In this document: positions 9,147 through 18,657 of the stretch, one piece after another
Position numbering within the stretch: the first letter of the stretch is position 1
How the letters are laid out: every line of letters starts with the position of its first letter
The notes under the pieces: model-generated
What the model saw: the letters and a program-made list of their open reading frames with translations, nothing else
Databases searched by the model: none
What the model was told of the DNA's origin: nothing
Translations under genes and position numbers: made by a program
DNA from: a virus
Strand: one strand, 5' to 3'
IMG/VR virus record: IMGVR_UViG_3300042874_000443
Coordinates: 93,409-157,408 of that record
DNA: 64,000 nucleotides

Positions 9147-9695
9147 ATGACGTTCCTGGGGATTGATCAATCGTTGATGGGGACCGGCCTGAGCGTCCTT
9201 TCGGACGTGGGCGTGTTGGTGGCATCCGCGCGCATCGATACGGACGAGCTTCGCGACGGTGAGCGGCTCCTCTTCATCAAGAAAGCAGTTGCACTGCACC
9301 TGGGTCCTGTGGAGTTTGCAGCGCTCGAGGGCTACTCCTACAATTCTACGGGGCACGTGTTCGAGCTTGGTGAGATCGGCGGTGTACTGAAGACGCTGCT
9401 TGTCGAAAGCAGCGTTCCGTACGTCTCCGTTCCGCCGATCTTGCTCAAGAAATTCGCGACAGGCACGACCCATGCGGACAAGGACAAGATGTTGGGGGCG
9501 GCCTTGGCGCAAGGCCACGACTTCGGCGACGATGACAACCAAGCCGACGCATTTTTTTTGGCCCGTATCGCCCTGGCGTATGCGAAGAACACCGCAAAGC
9601 ACCGCTGCGAGATGGAAGTGATTCACACGCTACGCAATCCGAAGGACAAGAAGCCCAAGCGTCGCGTACGCCGCTTGATCAAAAACGCTGTCTGA
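9147..9695 (+). CDS. ruvC: RuvC-like Holliday junction resolvase
   Basis: FLGIDQS, ALEGY, ELGEIGG, KKFATG, DDNQADA. Confidence 0.85.
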   Translation: MTFLGIDQSLMGTGLSVLSDVGVLVASARIDTDELRDGERLLFIKKAVALHLGPVEFAALEGYSYNSTGHVFELGEIGGVLKTLLVESSVPYVSVPPILLKKFATGTTHADKDKMLGAALAQGHDFGDDDNQADAFFLARIALAYAKNTAKHRCEMEVIHTLRNPKDKKPKRRVRRLIKNAV

Positions 9696-9714
9696 CAACT
9701 GAAGGAGCCTGACC

Positions 9715-12700
9715 GTGCAATCTGCCGACGCCCCGTTCAACTTTCCCGTCGTACAACCCGTCACTGTTCGCAAGCGTGACGGACGCACCACGCAGCCCTT
9801 CGACGTCGGAAAGATCGAGAGCGCCGTACGCAAGGCATGGGTCGAGGCAGAAGGCTCCGTCGACGAGGAGGCGCTCCACTGTGTAGCAACGTTCGTTTCT
9901 GCGACGCTTCATTCGGACGTCACCGACGTCGAGCAGATCCAAGACGTCGTCGAAGTCGCGCTCATGCGCGCGAACCAGTTCAAGGTCGCCAAGGCGTACA
10001 TCATCTATCGCCAGAAGCGGACCGAGGCGCGCGCTGTCCGTCAGCAACCGGATGCCTCGGCTGTCAGCGACTACATCCACGCCAGCAAGTACGCACGCTA
10101 CGTCCCCGAGATGCAGCGCCGCGAGGTCTACGAAGAGACCGTCGCACGCGAGGAAGGCATGCACCTGCGTCGCTTCGCACACATCCCGGAGCTACTTCCT
10201 CTCATCACACGTGCGCACGATCTGGTGCGTGAGAAGAAGGTTCTGCCGTCGATGCGTTCGATGCAGTTCGGCGGTACGGCCATCGAAGCCAACCACAACC
10301 GCATCTACAATTGCTCGGCGACACTGATCGACCGCCCTCGTGCGTTCGCCGAAGCGATGTTCCTGCTCCTGTCAGGCTGCGGTGTCGGATACTCCGTGCA
10401 GATCGAGCACGTCGAGAAGCTGCCCGCGCTCGTCGACGTCGATGAGAAGAAGGTCGTCCACCACGTCATCGACGACACCATCGAAGGTTGGGCGAACGCG
10501 CTCGACGCGCTCATCAACAGCTACATCGGCGGCTACTACGTCGAGTTCGCGTTCAACAAGATCCGAGGGGCGGGTGCTCCGCTCAAGACGTCAGGTGGGC
10601 GTGCACCAGGTCACCAGAAGCTGAAGCTCGCGCTCGAACGTGTCCGCAAGGTCCTGCACAGCGCGCAAGGACGCCAGCTACGCCCCATCGAATGCCACCG
10701 CATCCTGTGCCATGCGGCGGACGCGGTGCTCTCGGGGGGCATCCGTCGCAGCGCGATGATCTGCTTGTTCTCGATCGAGGACAGCGAGTTGATGCACATC
10801 AAGGCGGATCGCGACTGGTACGACAAGGAGCCGTGGCTCGCCAACGCCAACAACTCCGTCGTGCTCAAGCGTGACGAGGTGAAGGAGAAGCACTTCAAAC
10901 GCATCTTCGGGATGACGAAGAACTTCGGCGAGCCCGGCGTCTTGTTTGTCAGCGACTACAATCACGTCACCAACCCCTGCGTGCCGCCCGGCACGCGCAT
11001 CCTCACGCGTGAGGGGTACGTCGCCATCGAGACCTGCGTTAACCGGCCGACCGTCGTTTGGAATGGTCTCGAGTGGCGTACCGTCACACCGCACGTCACC
11101 GGACATGACCAACCCATCGTTCGTGTGCACCTGTCCGACGGGACGTCACTGGACTGCACCGACTACCACGAGTGGTGTGTGGCCGCGGGGAAGTGGTCTC
11201 GAGACCACACCGAGGAACGTGTGCGTGCGATCGATCTCGAAGAGGGCGACACCTTGATGCGTTACGACATGCCCCTCGTCGAAAACGGCGTTGACATGCC
11301 GTACGCTTATTCGCATGGGTTCTGGTGCGCTGACGGAACCGTCGAGGACGCTGGTCGCAAGACCGCAATGTGTTACGGCATCAAACGGGGCCTGATCGCA
11401 CGTATGGAGCACGGCGGCGCGGTGGAACGGATCTCTGACGATACGGAGCGCGGACGCTCGCGTGTGGTCTTCACCTCGAACATGCCAGACAAGTTCGTCG
11501 TGCCCCACAATACGTCGATCCAATCGCGCCTCGACTGGGTCGCGGGGCTCTTGGACGGTGATGGTTCCGTAGTCAAGAATCCGAAAAGCGTCGGATTGCA
11601 GCTCTCTAGCGTGAACGTACCGTTCCTCCGCGAGGTTCGTTTACTGCTCACCACGCTCGGCGTACAGGCGAAGATCGCCGAGATGCATGAAGGCGGGATG
11701 CGCCTCCTCCCAGACGGCCGAGGCGGCAAGGCCGAGTACCTTACACAACCGAGCTTCCGTCTTCTCATCAACGCGACCGACACACACCGTTTGGTGCGTG
11801 CAGGTCTGCGTACAAGCCGCCTCGACCTCTCGGCGGCTGAAACTCTGCCACAACGGGATGCCCGCCGCTTCGTTACTGTTACGGCCGTCGAACGCCTGGC
11901 GCCTGCGCCTGTTGTCTATTGCTTCACGGAAGAGAGTAACCACACCGGGACGTTCGAAGGCATTGTGACGGGGCAGTGCGCGGAGATCGGTCTCGACCCG
12001 CTTCTCGTCCACGAGGACGGCACCACGTCGACGGGCTGGGCGATGTGCAACCTCTGCGAGATCAACGCTGCGAAGCTCACCTCGTTCGAGGATTTTTCGG
12101 AGGCGGCATGGGCGGCGACGCTCATCGGTACGATGCAGGCCACGTACACGGACATGCCGTACCTCGGCAAGGTCACCGAAGCGATCGTCCGTCGTGATGC
12201 TCTTCTCGGTATCGGCATGACAGGCATGCAGGACGCTCCGCACATCGCGTGTCACCCCGACTACCAACGCGTCGTCGCGGGCAAGGTCGTCGACTGGAAC
12301 CGCGAGTACGCGGCGCTTCTTGGCATCAACCAGGCTGCGCGCACCACCTGCGTAAAGCCGTCAGGCACGACGTCACTCGAGCTGGGCAACGTCGGCTCTG
12401 GCATTCACCCGCACCACGCCCGTCGCTACATCCGCCGTGTCACCGCCGACGAGCTGGAGGTCGTGTTCCAGGCGTTCAAGACGGCGAACCCGCACATGTG
12501 CGTGAAGAAGCCGGACGGCAAGTGGGTCATCGAGTTCCCTGTCGAGGCGCCCGAAGGTGCGGTCCTCAAGGAGGACCTGACTGCCGAGCAGTTCATGGAG
12601 ATGGTGCGTTCGACCCAGCAGAACTGGGTAGTGCCCGGCGCGACCCGTCCCAGCCATGCGCCCGGCCTCTCTCACAACGTGTCGAACACGATCACGGTCC

Positions 12701-12969
12701 GTTCAACGGAATGGGCCGAGGTTGCCGACTACCTCTGGAAGCACCGCGACAACTTCACAGGCGTTTCGCTTCTTTCGGACACTGGAGACATGGTCTACGC
12801 GTTCGCGCCGTTCGAAGCGGTCAAGACGGAAGCGCAGGAGCGTCGCTGGAACGAGTTGATCGTGGGCTACACGCCCATCGATTACCTCTCGGTCTTCGAG
12901 GCCGAAGACGGCACGAACCTGACGGGCGAAGCAGCATGCGCCAACGGCGCGTGCGAGTGGCGCCCGTAA
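9715..12969 (+). CDS. nrdJ: Class II (B12-dependent, monomeric RTPR-type) ribonucleotide reductase with N-terminal ATP cone and an intein
   Basis: VRKRDG ATP cone, YNCS, GCGVGYS, IRRSA, NP/CAEI, CNLCEIN, CVKPSGT, C-terminal CANGAC. Confidence 0.88.
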   Translation: MQSADAPFNFPVVQPVTVRKRDGRTTQPFDVGKIESAVRKAWVEAEGSVDEEALHCVATFVSATLHSDVTDVEQIQDVVEVALMRANQFKVAKAYIIYRQKRTEARAVRQQPDASAVSDYIHASKYARYVPEMQRREVYEETVAREEGMHLRRFAHIPELLPLITRAHDLVREKKVLPSMRSMQFGGTAIEANHNRIYNCSATLIDRPRAFAEAMFLLLSGCGVGYSVQIEHVEKLPALVDVDEKKVVHHVIDDTIEGWANALDALINSYIGGYYVEFAFNKIRGAGAPLKTSGGRAPGHQKLKLALERVRKVLHSAQGRQLRPIECHRILCHAADAVLSGGIRRSAMICLFSIEDSELMHIKADRDWYDKEPWLANANNSVVLKRDEVKEKHFKRIFGMTKNFGEPGVLFVSDYNHVTNPCVPPGTRILTREGYVAIETCVNRPTVVWNGLEWRTVTPHVTGHDQPIVRVHLSDGTSLDCTDYHEWCVAAGKWSRDHTEERVRAIDLEEGDTLMRYDMPLVENGVDMPYAYSHGFWCADGTVEDAGRKTAMCYGIKRGLIARMEHGGAVERISDDTERGRSRVVFTSNMPDKFVVPHNTSIQSRLDWVAGLLDGDGSVVKNPKSVGLQLSSVNVPFLREVRLLLTTLGVQAKIAEMHEGGMRLLPDGRGGKAEYLTQPSFRLLINATDTHRLVRAGLRTSRLDLSAAETLPQRDARRFVTVTAVERLAPAPVVYCFTEESNHTGTFEGIVTGQCAEIGLDPLLVHEDGTTSTGWAMCNLCEINAAKLTSFEDFSEAAWAATLIGTMQATYTDMPYLGKVTEAIVRRDALLGIGMTGMQDAPHIACHPDYQRVVAGKVVDWNREYAALLGINQAARTTCVKPSGTTSLELGNVGSGIHPHHARRYIRRVTADELEVVFQAFKTANPHMCVKKPDGKWVIEFPVEAPEGAVLKEDLTAEQFMEMVRSTQQNWVVPGATRPSHAPGLSHNVSNTITVRSTEWAEVADYLWKHRDNFTGVSLLSDTGDMVYAFAPFEAVKTEAQERRWNELIVGYTPIDYLSVFEAEDGTNLTGEAACANGACEWRP
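10978..11976 (+). mobile_element. 333-aa intein with LAGLIDADG homing endonuclease, ending in Gln
   Basis: NP|CVPPGTRILT...CTDYHEW...GFWCADG...AGLLDGDG...HTGTFEGIVTGQ|CAEI. Confidence 0.92.
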
Positions 12970-12979
12970 CTGTTGGTGT

Positions 12980-12988
12980 GATAAACAT
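12980..12988 (+). promoter_or_regulatory. GATAAACAT motif 5 nt upstream of an ATG
   Basis: Motif recurs at 33394, 39242, 41958 and 63981. Confidence 0.5.
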
Positions 12989-12993
12989 ACGGG

Positions 12994-13215
12994 ATGCACA
13001 ACTGCAGCAATTGCAACGCCCCGTTCGACGCTGATCAAGAGGGTCTCGTCCTCCACCACAAGCACACGGTCGCCACTGCGATCTGTGACGCGTGCATGAC
13101 CAACGGTCGTCTCATCAAGCTCGTGGTTCGTCGCGGCGACATCGGCGGCTTCACGTACGAGCAGTTCTCTGTCATCGAGACCGTCGGCGGCATGTCGTCC
13201 AAGCGCGCAGGATGA
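12994..13215 (+). CDS. Small Zn-ribbon protein
   Basis: CSNC...CDAC. Confidence 0.65.
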   Translation: MHNCSNCNAPFDADQEGLVLHHKHTVATAICDACMTNGRLIKLVVRRGDIGGFTYEQFSVIETVGGMSSKRAG

Positions 13216-13496
13216 CCGCGCGCGTCGACCACAAGCTCGGGCTCACGCCGATGTTGAAACGACGCGCGTTCCACTACCTACAACGTGGTGTAGGTCGCTA
13301 CGAGAGCGATCATCCAGCCTACGACGCCGTCGTCGTGCGTCCGCTCTACGACTGGCAGACGCCGATGGACGACACGATCCCGAGCCAGGGTGGCTTAGTG
13401 GTCGAGTTCCACAAGGACGGCAAGCGTGTGCGCTGGGTTGAGTTCGGCTGCCGTGTGATTGGCGGCGGCGGGCAGCCGATCGTTCGCGAGGTCTAG
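13212..13496 (+). CDS. Hypothetical protein
   Basis: ATGA overlap with the upstream gene. Confidence 0.6.
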   Translation: MTARVDHKLGLTPMLKRRAFHYLQRGVGRYESDHPAYDAVVVRPLYDWQTPMDDTIPSQGGLVVEFHKDGKRVRWVEFGCRVIGGGGQPIVREV

Positions 13497-15682
13497 GTGC
13501 CCTGTTGCCCGAACACCGTGAAGTAGATGTACGGGTTCAGGAAGTTCGCGGACAGGTCGACTTCGACGTTGAACAGGTCGTTCGCACGGATCGTGAAGTC
13601 TGCGGCTGTTTGCACTGCGATGTACGGAATACACACGGAGTCCGCGTTCAGCTTGATGTTCGAAAGCTGGATGGAGTAGGCCGCCGAGTTCATATTGTTC
13701 GCGATATCGACGCGCACCGCACCATTGACTGTGTAGGACCCGTTTACACGTACAGCTTGTGTGACGTTGAAACCGTCAACGACTGTCACACCGCCACCGA
13801 AGATCAGCTGCAGCTGTCCCCAACATTTCGGGATGTTCTTCGAGCGCAGCAGGTTGGTGCTGCCTGCCGCCGATGACGGGTTCGTTTGTACGCCCGACGA
13901 GAATCCGAAGTCCAGGATGCCGGACGCGGCGCCCAGGCGCAGGGTGTTACCGCTCGCGTCTACGAGTCCAACGCCATCAGTCGAGTTGACAGGGCCGACA
14001 GACCCTGCAGACGGAAAACCCGCGACAGGGCCACCACCTGCAGCGATGCGCAGAAAGCGGACGAACGACTGGTCGCCACCGGCACCGTCGGCTGAAGCGT
14101 ACTGCCAACCCAACGAGTCCGCAGTGATGTCGTCCTGCGTCCACATACCTGCTGCGTTGTCGTAGAACGCGTTCATCGTGACCATGTAGCCAAGGAAGCC
14201 ACTGATCGTTGTGATGTACGTTCGAATCGTCTCGCGCGCTGTTCCCGTATCGACTCGATCCAGGAGCGTGGCCTTGGCCGGAACCGCGGTGAGGATGCGA
14301 CGAGCGGTATCGGCGTGAGCGTTGGAAACGCCGAGTCCCGTACCCGCCAGAACCGACGTCTGGAAGTCTTGGATCGCAGAGAAGATGTTCTGCGCAGAGA
14401 ACGTGTTGATGCCCGAAACAGCGTTGTTCCGGTTGAGCTTCAGCCAGTTGGTAGCCAGCGCAATGATCTGCGTTGCGAGCGTGCCTGCGGCGATCTCGCC
14501 TGCGTTGACAATGGAGCCCTGGATCTTGCCCGTGCCCGTCGCACCTGCGAGGTCCGAGACGATCTTGTCGAGCTGTCCTTCGACCGTCGTTGCGGGGTTC
14601 GTCGTTCCGTCGGCCCAGTTGCCGCCGCCACCGTACGCGACGTCGGACGCGAGAGACGCGCTCAGCGGCGCTGCCACGCTGCCTGGTTGGATCTCGGTTC
14701 CCGTCGCGAACACGAGCTTGTTGTTGACGACCTTGCAGATGGGCAGGGCGTTGACGAGGTTCTCGGGGTGGACGCGGCTGTTGAAGAACGCGGCCGCCGG
14801 GATCGCCGTGTTCGTGTTCTCAGGCAGCGTCTGTCGACGCCCGCTCGTGGTCGCCGTGTCTGTGACCATCGGGAAGTTGACGCACAGCGTGTCGCCTTCG
14901 GCGAGGGCCTGCGTCGGGTTGCTCACGAAGAAGCTGGCGAGGTTCGCCGGCGTGATGGTGTGTCCCTCGCCGTCATAGTTCCCCGAGACGAACTGCTTGG
15001 CTTGCGTCGTCAGGAGGAGATCGGTACCGAGGGCGCCGCCCTCGAGTACCGCCGTGACGAGCAACGCCGTGTCGCCGATCGTCGTCGGCGCGAGCAGGTT
15101 GAGCGCAGCGATCGTTGCGCTGAGGTTTGTCGTCGGCGCTGCGATGATCTTGATCGTGCGCTGGTAGCCGCTCTCGACGTCGAGCACACACGAGAACACC
15201 GCGCCTGGCGTCACCTGCACACTGATCTGGTCACCGGCCGCGTAGCTCCGACGTTGGCTGGTCACCAAGATCGAGTCCATGCTGTCGCTGGCGCGCTTGA
15301 GATGAAGTGTGCCGTACGCAGATGCAATCGGAGGCACCGGCGGCGCCTGGTTGAAGCCCGGCGTGAGCATCGGCAGGATGTAGAGACTGTTGGTGACGAC
15401 CGGAATGCCGTCTGCCGCTGCGGTCGTACTGCCTGCCCATGTGATCTGACCAGGGCCCGCGATGATCAGATTGCGGTCTGCGTCGCGCAGGTAGAGGCTG
15501 TCCGTCTCGACGTTGCGTACGGCTTCGGTGCGCTGTCGAAGCCCTTCCGACGGACGCTGCAGAACTGTTTGTTCGAGCGTCTCGCCGTTGAGGATGGGCT
15601 GAATCGACGTGGCGGTGTTCTCGCCGGTGTCGTTGGCGGTGTTGTTCGAGAAGTCGACGAACTGCTTGACGGGGCCGGGCAT
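13493..15682 (-). CDS. Tail fibre / receptor-binding protein
   Basis: 729 aa, G/T/A/N-rich, NTFSAQNIFS fibre-type repeat, beta-rich C-terminus, follows baseplate genes. Confidence 0.7.
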   Translation of the reverse strand: MPGPVKQFVDFSNNTANDTGENTATSIQPILNGETLEQTVLQRPSEGLRQRTEAVRNVETDSLYLRDADRNLIIAGPGQITWAGSTTAAADGIPVVTNSLYILPMLTPGFNQAPPVPPIASAYGTLHLKRASDSMDSILVTSQRRSYAAGDQISVQVTPGAVFSCVLDVESGYQRTIKIIAAPTTNLSATIAALNLLAPTTIGDTALLVTAVLEGGALGTDLLLTTQAKQFVSGNYDGEGHTITPANLASFFVSNPTQALAEGDTLCVNFPMVTDTATTSGRRQTLPENTNTAIPAAAFFNSRVHPENLVNALPICKVVNNKLVFATGTEIQPGSVAAPLSASLASDVAYGGGGNWADGTTNPATTVEGQLDKIVSDLAGATGTGKIQGSIVNAGEIAAGTLATQIIALATNWLKLNRNNAVSGINTFSAQNIFSAIQDFQTSVLAGTGLGVSNAHADTARRILTAVPAKATLLDRVDTGTARETIRTYITTISGFLGYMVTMNAFYDNAAGMWTQDDITADSLGWQYASADGAGGDQSFVRFLRIAAGGGPVAGFPSAGSVGPVNSTDGVGLVDASGNTLRLGAASGILDFGFSSGVQTNPSSAAGSTNLLRSKNIPKCWGQLQLIFGGGVTVVDGFNVTQAVRVNGSYTVNGAVRVDIANNMNSAAYSIQLSNIKLNADSVCIPYIAVQTAADFTIRANDLFNVEVDLSANFLNPYIYFTVFGQQGT

Positions 15683-15697
15683 GTGAACCTCTTGGTC

Positions 15698-16252
15698 TCA
15701 GGGAACGGCAGTGAAAGCGATCGTCCAGGAGTAGTCGACGACGATGGCCGGAGTTTTCGGGATGTCGGGATAGACCTGGCGGGCGAACAGTCGCGTAGCG
15801 CCGGCAGCGACACCCGGCGTGTTGCTCGCGGACGGCGCTCCGACGGAAATACCCGGGTCACCGGACGTGAACAATCCGGCTTCACGAAGAGTCGAGCCGT
15901 TCGCGTCGCCCGTGTCGAGCGTCGCGATGAACTTGATCTCTCCAGGAGCGCCGGTGACCTTGCCGACGTCGCCGATCACCTTGCCGATGACGAACGCGCC
16001 GAGGTTCGTGTCGGAACGCGCGGCAGCGGTGTTCGAACTGCCCATGCGCATCGAGTAGATCTGCCCGAACCCAGGCGCCGGGTCAGTGGCGCGCTGTGCG
16101 ATCAGCTCGACCAAGATGTCCGCTGCGAGGTAGGTGATCTTGTTACGGATCGTGATCCGTTTCCGCACCTTCCGCGTGTGTGCGTCGCGGATGACCATAC
16201 TGATGGTCCCCATCATTGGAAGGCCTTCGCTCTTGCGTAGAGTTTTGCGCAT
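15698..16252 (-). CDS. Baseplate/tail-fibre attachment protein
   Basis: NKIT...MGS...ANG.TLREAGLF...LFAR...IPKT....DYSWTI pattern. Confidence 0.7.
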   Translation of the reverse strand: MRKTLRKSEGLPMMGTISMVIRDAHTRKVRKRITIRNKITYLAADILVELIAQRATDPAPGFGQIYSMRMGSSNTAAARSDTNLGAFVIGKVIGDVGKVTGAPGEIKFIATLDTGDANGSTLREAGLFTSGDPGISVGAPSASNTPGVAAGATRLFARQVYPDIPKTPAIVVDYSWTIAFTAVP

Positions 16253-16262
16253 GGTTCCGCGT

Positions 16263-16272
16263 AATTATAGGG
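16263..16272 (-). promoter_or_regulatory. Putative late promoter CCCTATAATT (copy 3)
   Basis: Exact repeat, in a 20-nt intergenic gap. Confidence 0.7.
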
Positions 16273-18657
16273 TTATGGGTGGGCGTACACGATGAGCGCG
16301 CGTTCCACCAGTCCGAGGTCGCGCGGAGCAGTCAGCGGCGTTGTAACACCGTCCCAACCTGCGGCGGAAGGATCGAATGCGCCCGTGATGAGCGCGGGAT
16401 CGACACCGTTCACGAGCAACGGCATGTCGCCGGCGCCGATGGGCGCGTCCACCAGGTTGCCGATGTTGAGTTGGGTGTACGTAACGTTGACGGTGGTGAG
16501 CGTCCAAGCAGACAGGCGTGTGATCGTCCGGTTCGCATAGTCGACGGTGTAGTCGACGTTCTCGACGAGCGAAACGCCAGCAACGTCTCCGTCCAATCGA
16601 ACAAGCACGAGGCGTCCAACACGCGGCAAGATAGGCGCGTTTGCGAGGAGCACTGGAACAAACGGGACTGCGAATATGGTCAACGCGGTGAACGTCTCGT
16701 ACTTGAAGTAGTCCCCTGCGTTCCAGATACCGCCACCAACGACAGGTGTGCTGTCTGTGAAGAGGACCTTGTCAGGACCGTAGACACGTGACCCAACCAA
16801 ACGATGGAACAGAATGTCTGCTTCATCGATTTCGACTTCGTCCAGGAACTCGGTGGTAGGCGTCGTAAAGACGTACGTATGTGAAGGCTTGGCGGACAGG
16901 ACCAGTTCATTGAGGTCCTTCAATGACTGGGCGAAGTCGGATCCCAGCGATGCGGACAAAGCTGTAGCGCTGAACTTCACCGAGAACGTGTGGTACTTGA
17001 GGTACCGATCCATCAACACGAACGCCATACGGTGGCGATAGATCCGCGTGGGTAGTGGCGAGAGCACGATACCTGTCTCATCAGCCCCTACGTAGAGCCC
17101 CGGGTCGCCGACTTGCGGGTCATCCGCGGCCGCAATGACGTTCTCGATGTAGAACGGACTGGCGAGACGCCGGAACACCGGCGGGACGACACCGTTCACC
17201 GGCGTGAAGAGTTGCTCGGGGATCGTCGCGCCGTACCACCAGCTCGGCGACTCGACGTAGTCGGTCACCGTCACCGCGACGGTGAGTGGCTCGAACGACA
17301 GGAGCGAAAGCCCTGGCACGAGGTCGGGACGGAATGGCGTTCCCTTGGGATAGGAGTACGTCACGGTCTGTCCGGATGACGGACGTGTCGTCAAGACGCG
17401 ATCGACGATCGAATCTGACAAGTCGATGCCTTGGAAGATCTCGCCGTCATCCCGCACGACCGGCAGGTTCAGAACCACGTTGAGGGCACTCTCGATCCGC
17501 TCGAGAACCGGGCCGAGGATGTAGAGCTGGAAGATGCCTTGGAGGAACGCACGGTACACCTCCGTGCTATTTTCCTGTCGCCCGATGAGCGCGCCGAAGT
17601 TGTTCGCGAGTGTGCGGCGGTCCACGAACGTGTCTGGCGTCCACGCAGCGATCTGCAGAACCCGTGTGGTCGTTGTCGACGAGATGATCTTTCCCGTGAT
17701 CGACTTCCGCGGCGAGACGCCCGCGGACGGGTAGATCTCCCTTTTCCAGGTGTAGTTGATGCCGTACGGGCCTGGCAAGTTCTGCCATGCCGTGAGTTGG
17801 TAGATGATGCCGTGCTCGTAGTTGACCCGGTAGTCGATGCCCTCGACGACATCCGCGCCAAGCGGATTCTTGGCGAAGACGCGTACCGACCCCTGGTCGA
17901 TGCGTGTGTGTGCGAGCGTGGCCTCCGACAAGACGAGCGTGAAGGACTCCGCGATGACCTCTGCGTCGAACGGAACGCGTAGAACGACAAAAATGATCCC
18001 GGTCTCTGGTGCTGAGAGCGCTGAATCAGGAGACGTGAACAACGCAGGGTCACGCACCACGTTGATGATGTGGTCTTCTCGGCGACGTTGCGTTCCGTCT
18101 GTTCCGACGTCAAGGATTCGCAGCGTGTCGCCCTTCTTGACGTCGGTAAAGGAGGTCCACAGCGGAATCAGTGTATCCGCAAAACTACCTCCGACAGAAA
18201 CATCGATGGAACGACGTGCGTAACCATCCAACGGGATGCCATCACCTGCAACGTTGGTGGGGTCCACCTTGAAGTAGACAACCCGTTCCGAGAGGTTGTA
18301 ATCGCGGTGCTCTTCCAGTGAAGCAGTGGGCTCGACCACGCGATTGTCGATCGATACGAACGTGACTACAGGGTCAGGCAGTGCGAAGGACCAGCGGTTG
18401 TCAGCGACGACGTCACCCTCGACAAAAGCAACCTCATCTTCGCGAATCGCGAGCATGTGGTAGTACTCACGGTCGAGCGCGACGGCGTCCTTGAGTGCGA
18501 CGCCGAGCACTGTGGACATATAGTCCAGGTACGCTTGTCCGATAAGGATGGCCGAGCCTTGGTAGAGCGCGTAGAGCTGGTCTGCGTCTGCAAAGAAACG
18601 CTGCCAGAAGTCCGAGAGCCCCTGGAGAAGGTTGAACGGATAGCCAATCGTAGGCAT
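16273..18657 (-). CDS. Baseplate wedge protein
   Basis: NNFGALIG, KPSHT motif, DYTVDY repeats; follows the J-like gene. Confidence 0.65.
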   Translation of the reverse strand: MPTIGYPFNLLQGLSDFWQRFFADADQLYALYQGSAILIGQAYLDYMSTVLGVALKDAVALDREYYHMLAIREDEVAFVEGDVVADNRWSFALPDPVVTFVSIDNRVVEPTASLEEHRDYNLSERVVYFKVDPTNVAGDGIPLDGYARRSIDVSVGGSFADTLIPLWTSFTDVKKGDTLRILDVGTDGTQRRREDHIINVVRDPALFTSPDSALSAPETGIIFVVLRVPFDAEVIAESFTLVLSEATLAHTRIDQGSVRVFAKNPLGADVVEGIDYRVNYEHGIIYQLTAWQNLPGPYGINYTWKREIYPSAGVSPRKSITGKIISSTTTTRVLQIAAWTPDTFVDRRTLANNFGALIGRQENSTEVYRAFLQGIFQLYILGPVLERIESALNVVLNLPVVRDDGEIFQGIDLSDSIVDRVLTTRPSSGQTVTYSYPKGTPFRPDLVPGLSLLSFEPLTVAVTVTDYVESPSWWYGATIPEQLFTPVNGVVPPVFRRLASPFYIENVIAAADDPQVGDPGLYVGADETGIVLSPLPTRIYRHRMAFVLMDRYLKYHTFSVKFSATALSASLGSDFAQSLKDLNELVLSAKPSHTYVFTTPTTEFLDEVEIDEADILFHRLVGSRVYGPDKVLFTDSTPVVGGGIWNAGDYFKYETFTALTIFAVPFVPVLLANAPILPRVGRLVLVRLDGDVAGVSLVENVDYTVDYANRTITRLSAWTLTTVNVTYTQLNIGNLVDAPIGAGDMPLLVNGVDPALITGAFDPSAAGWDGVTTPLTAPRDLGLVERALIVYAHP

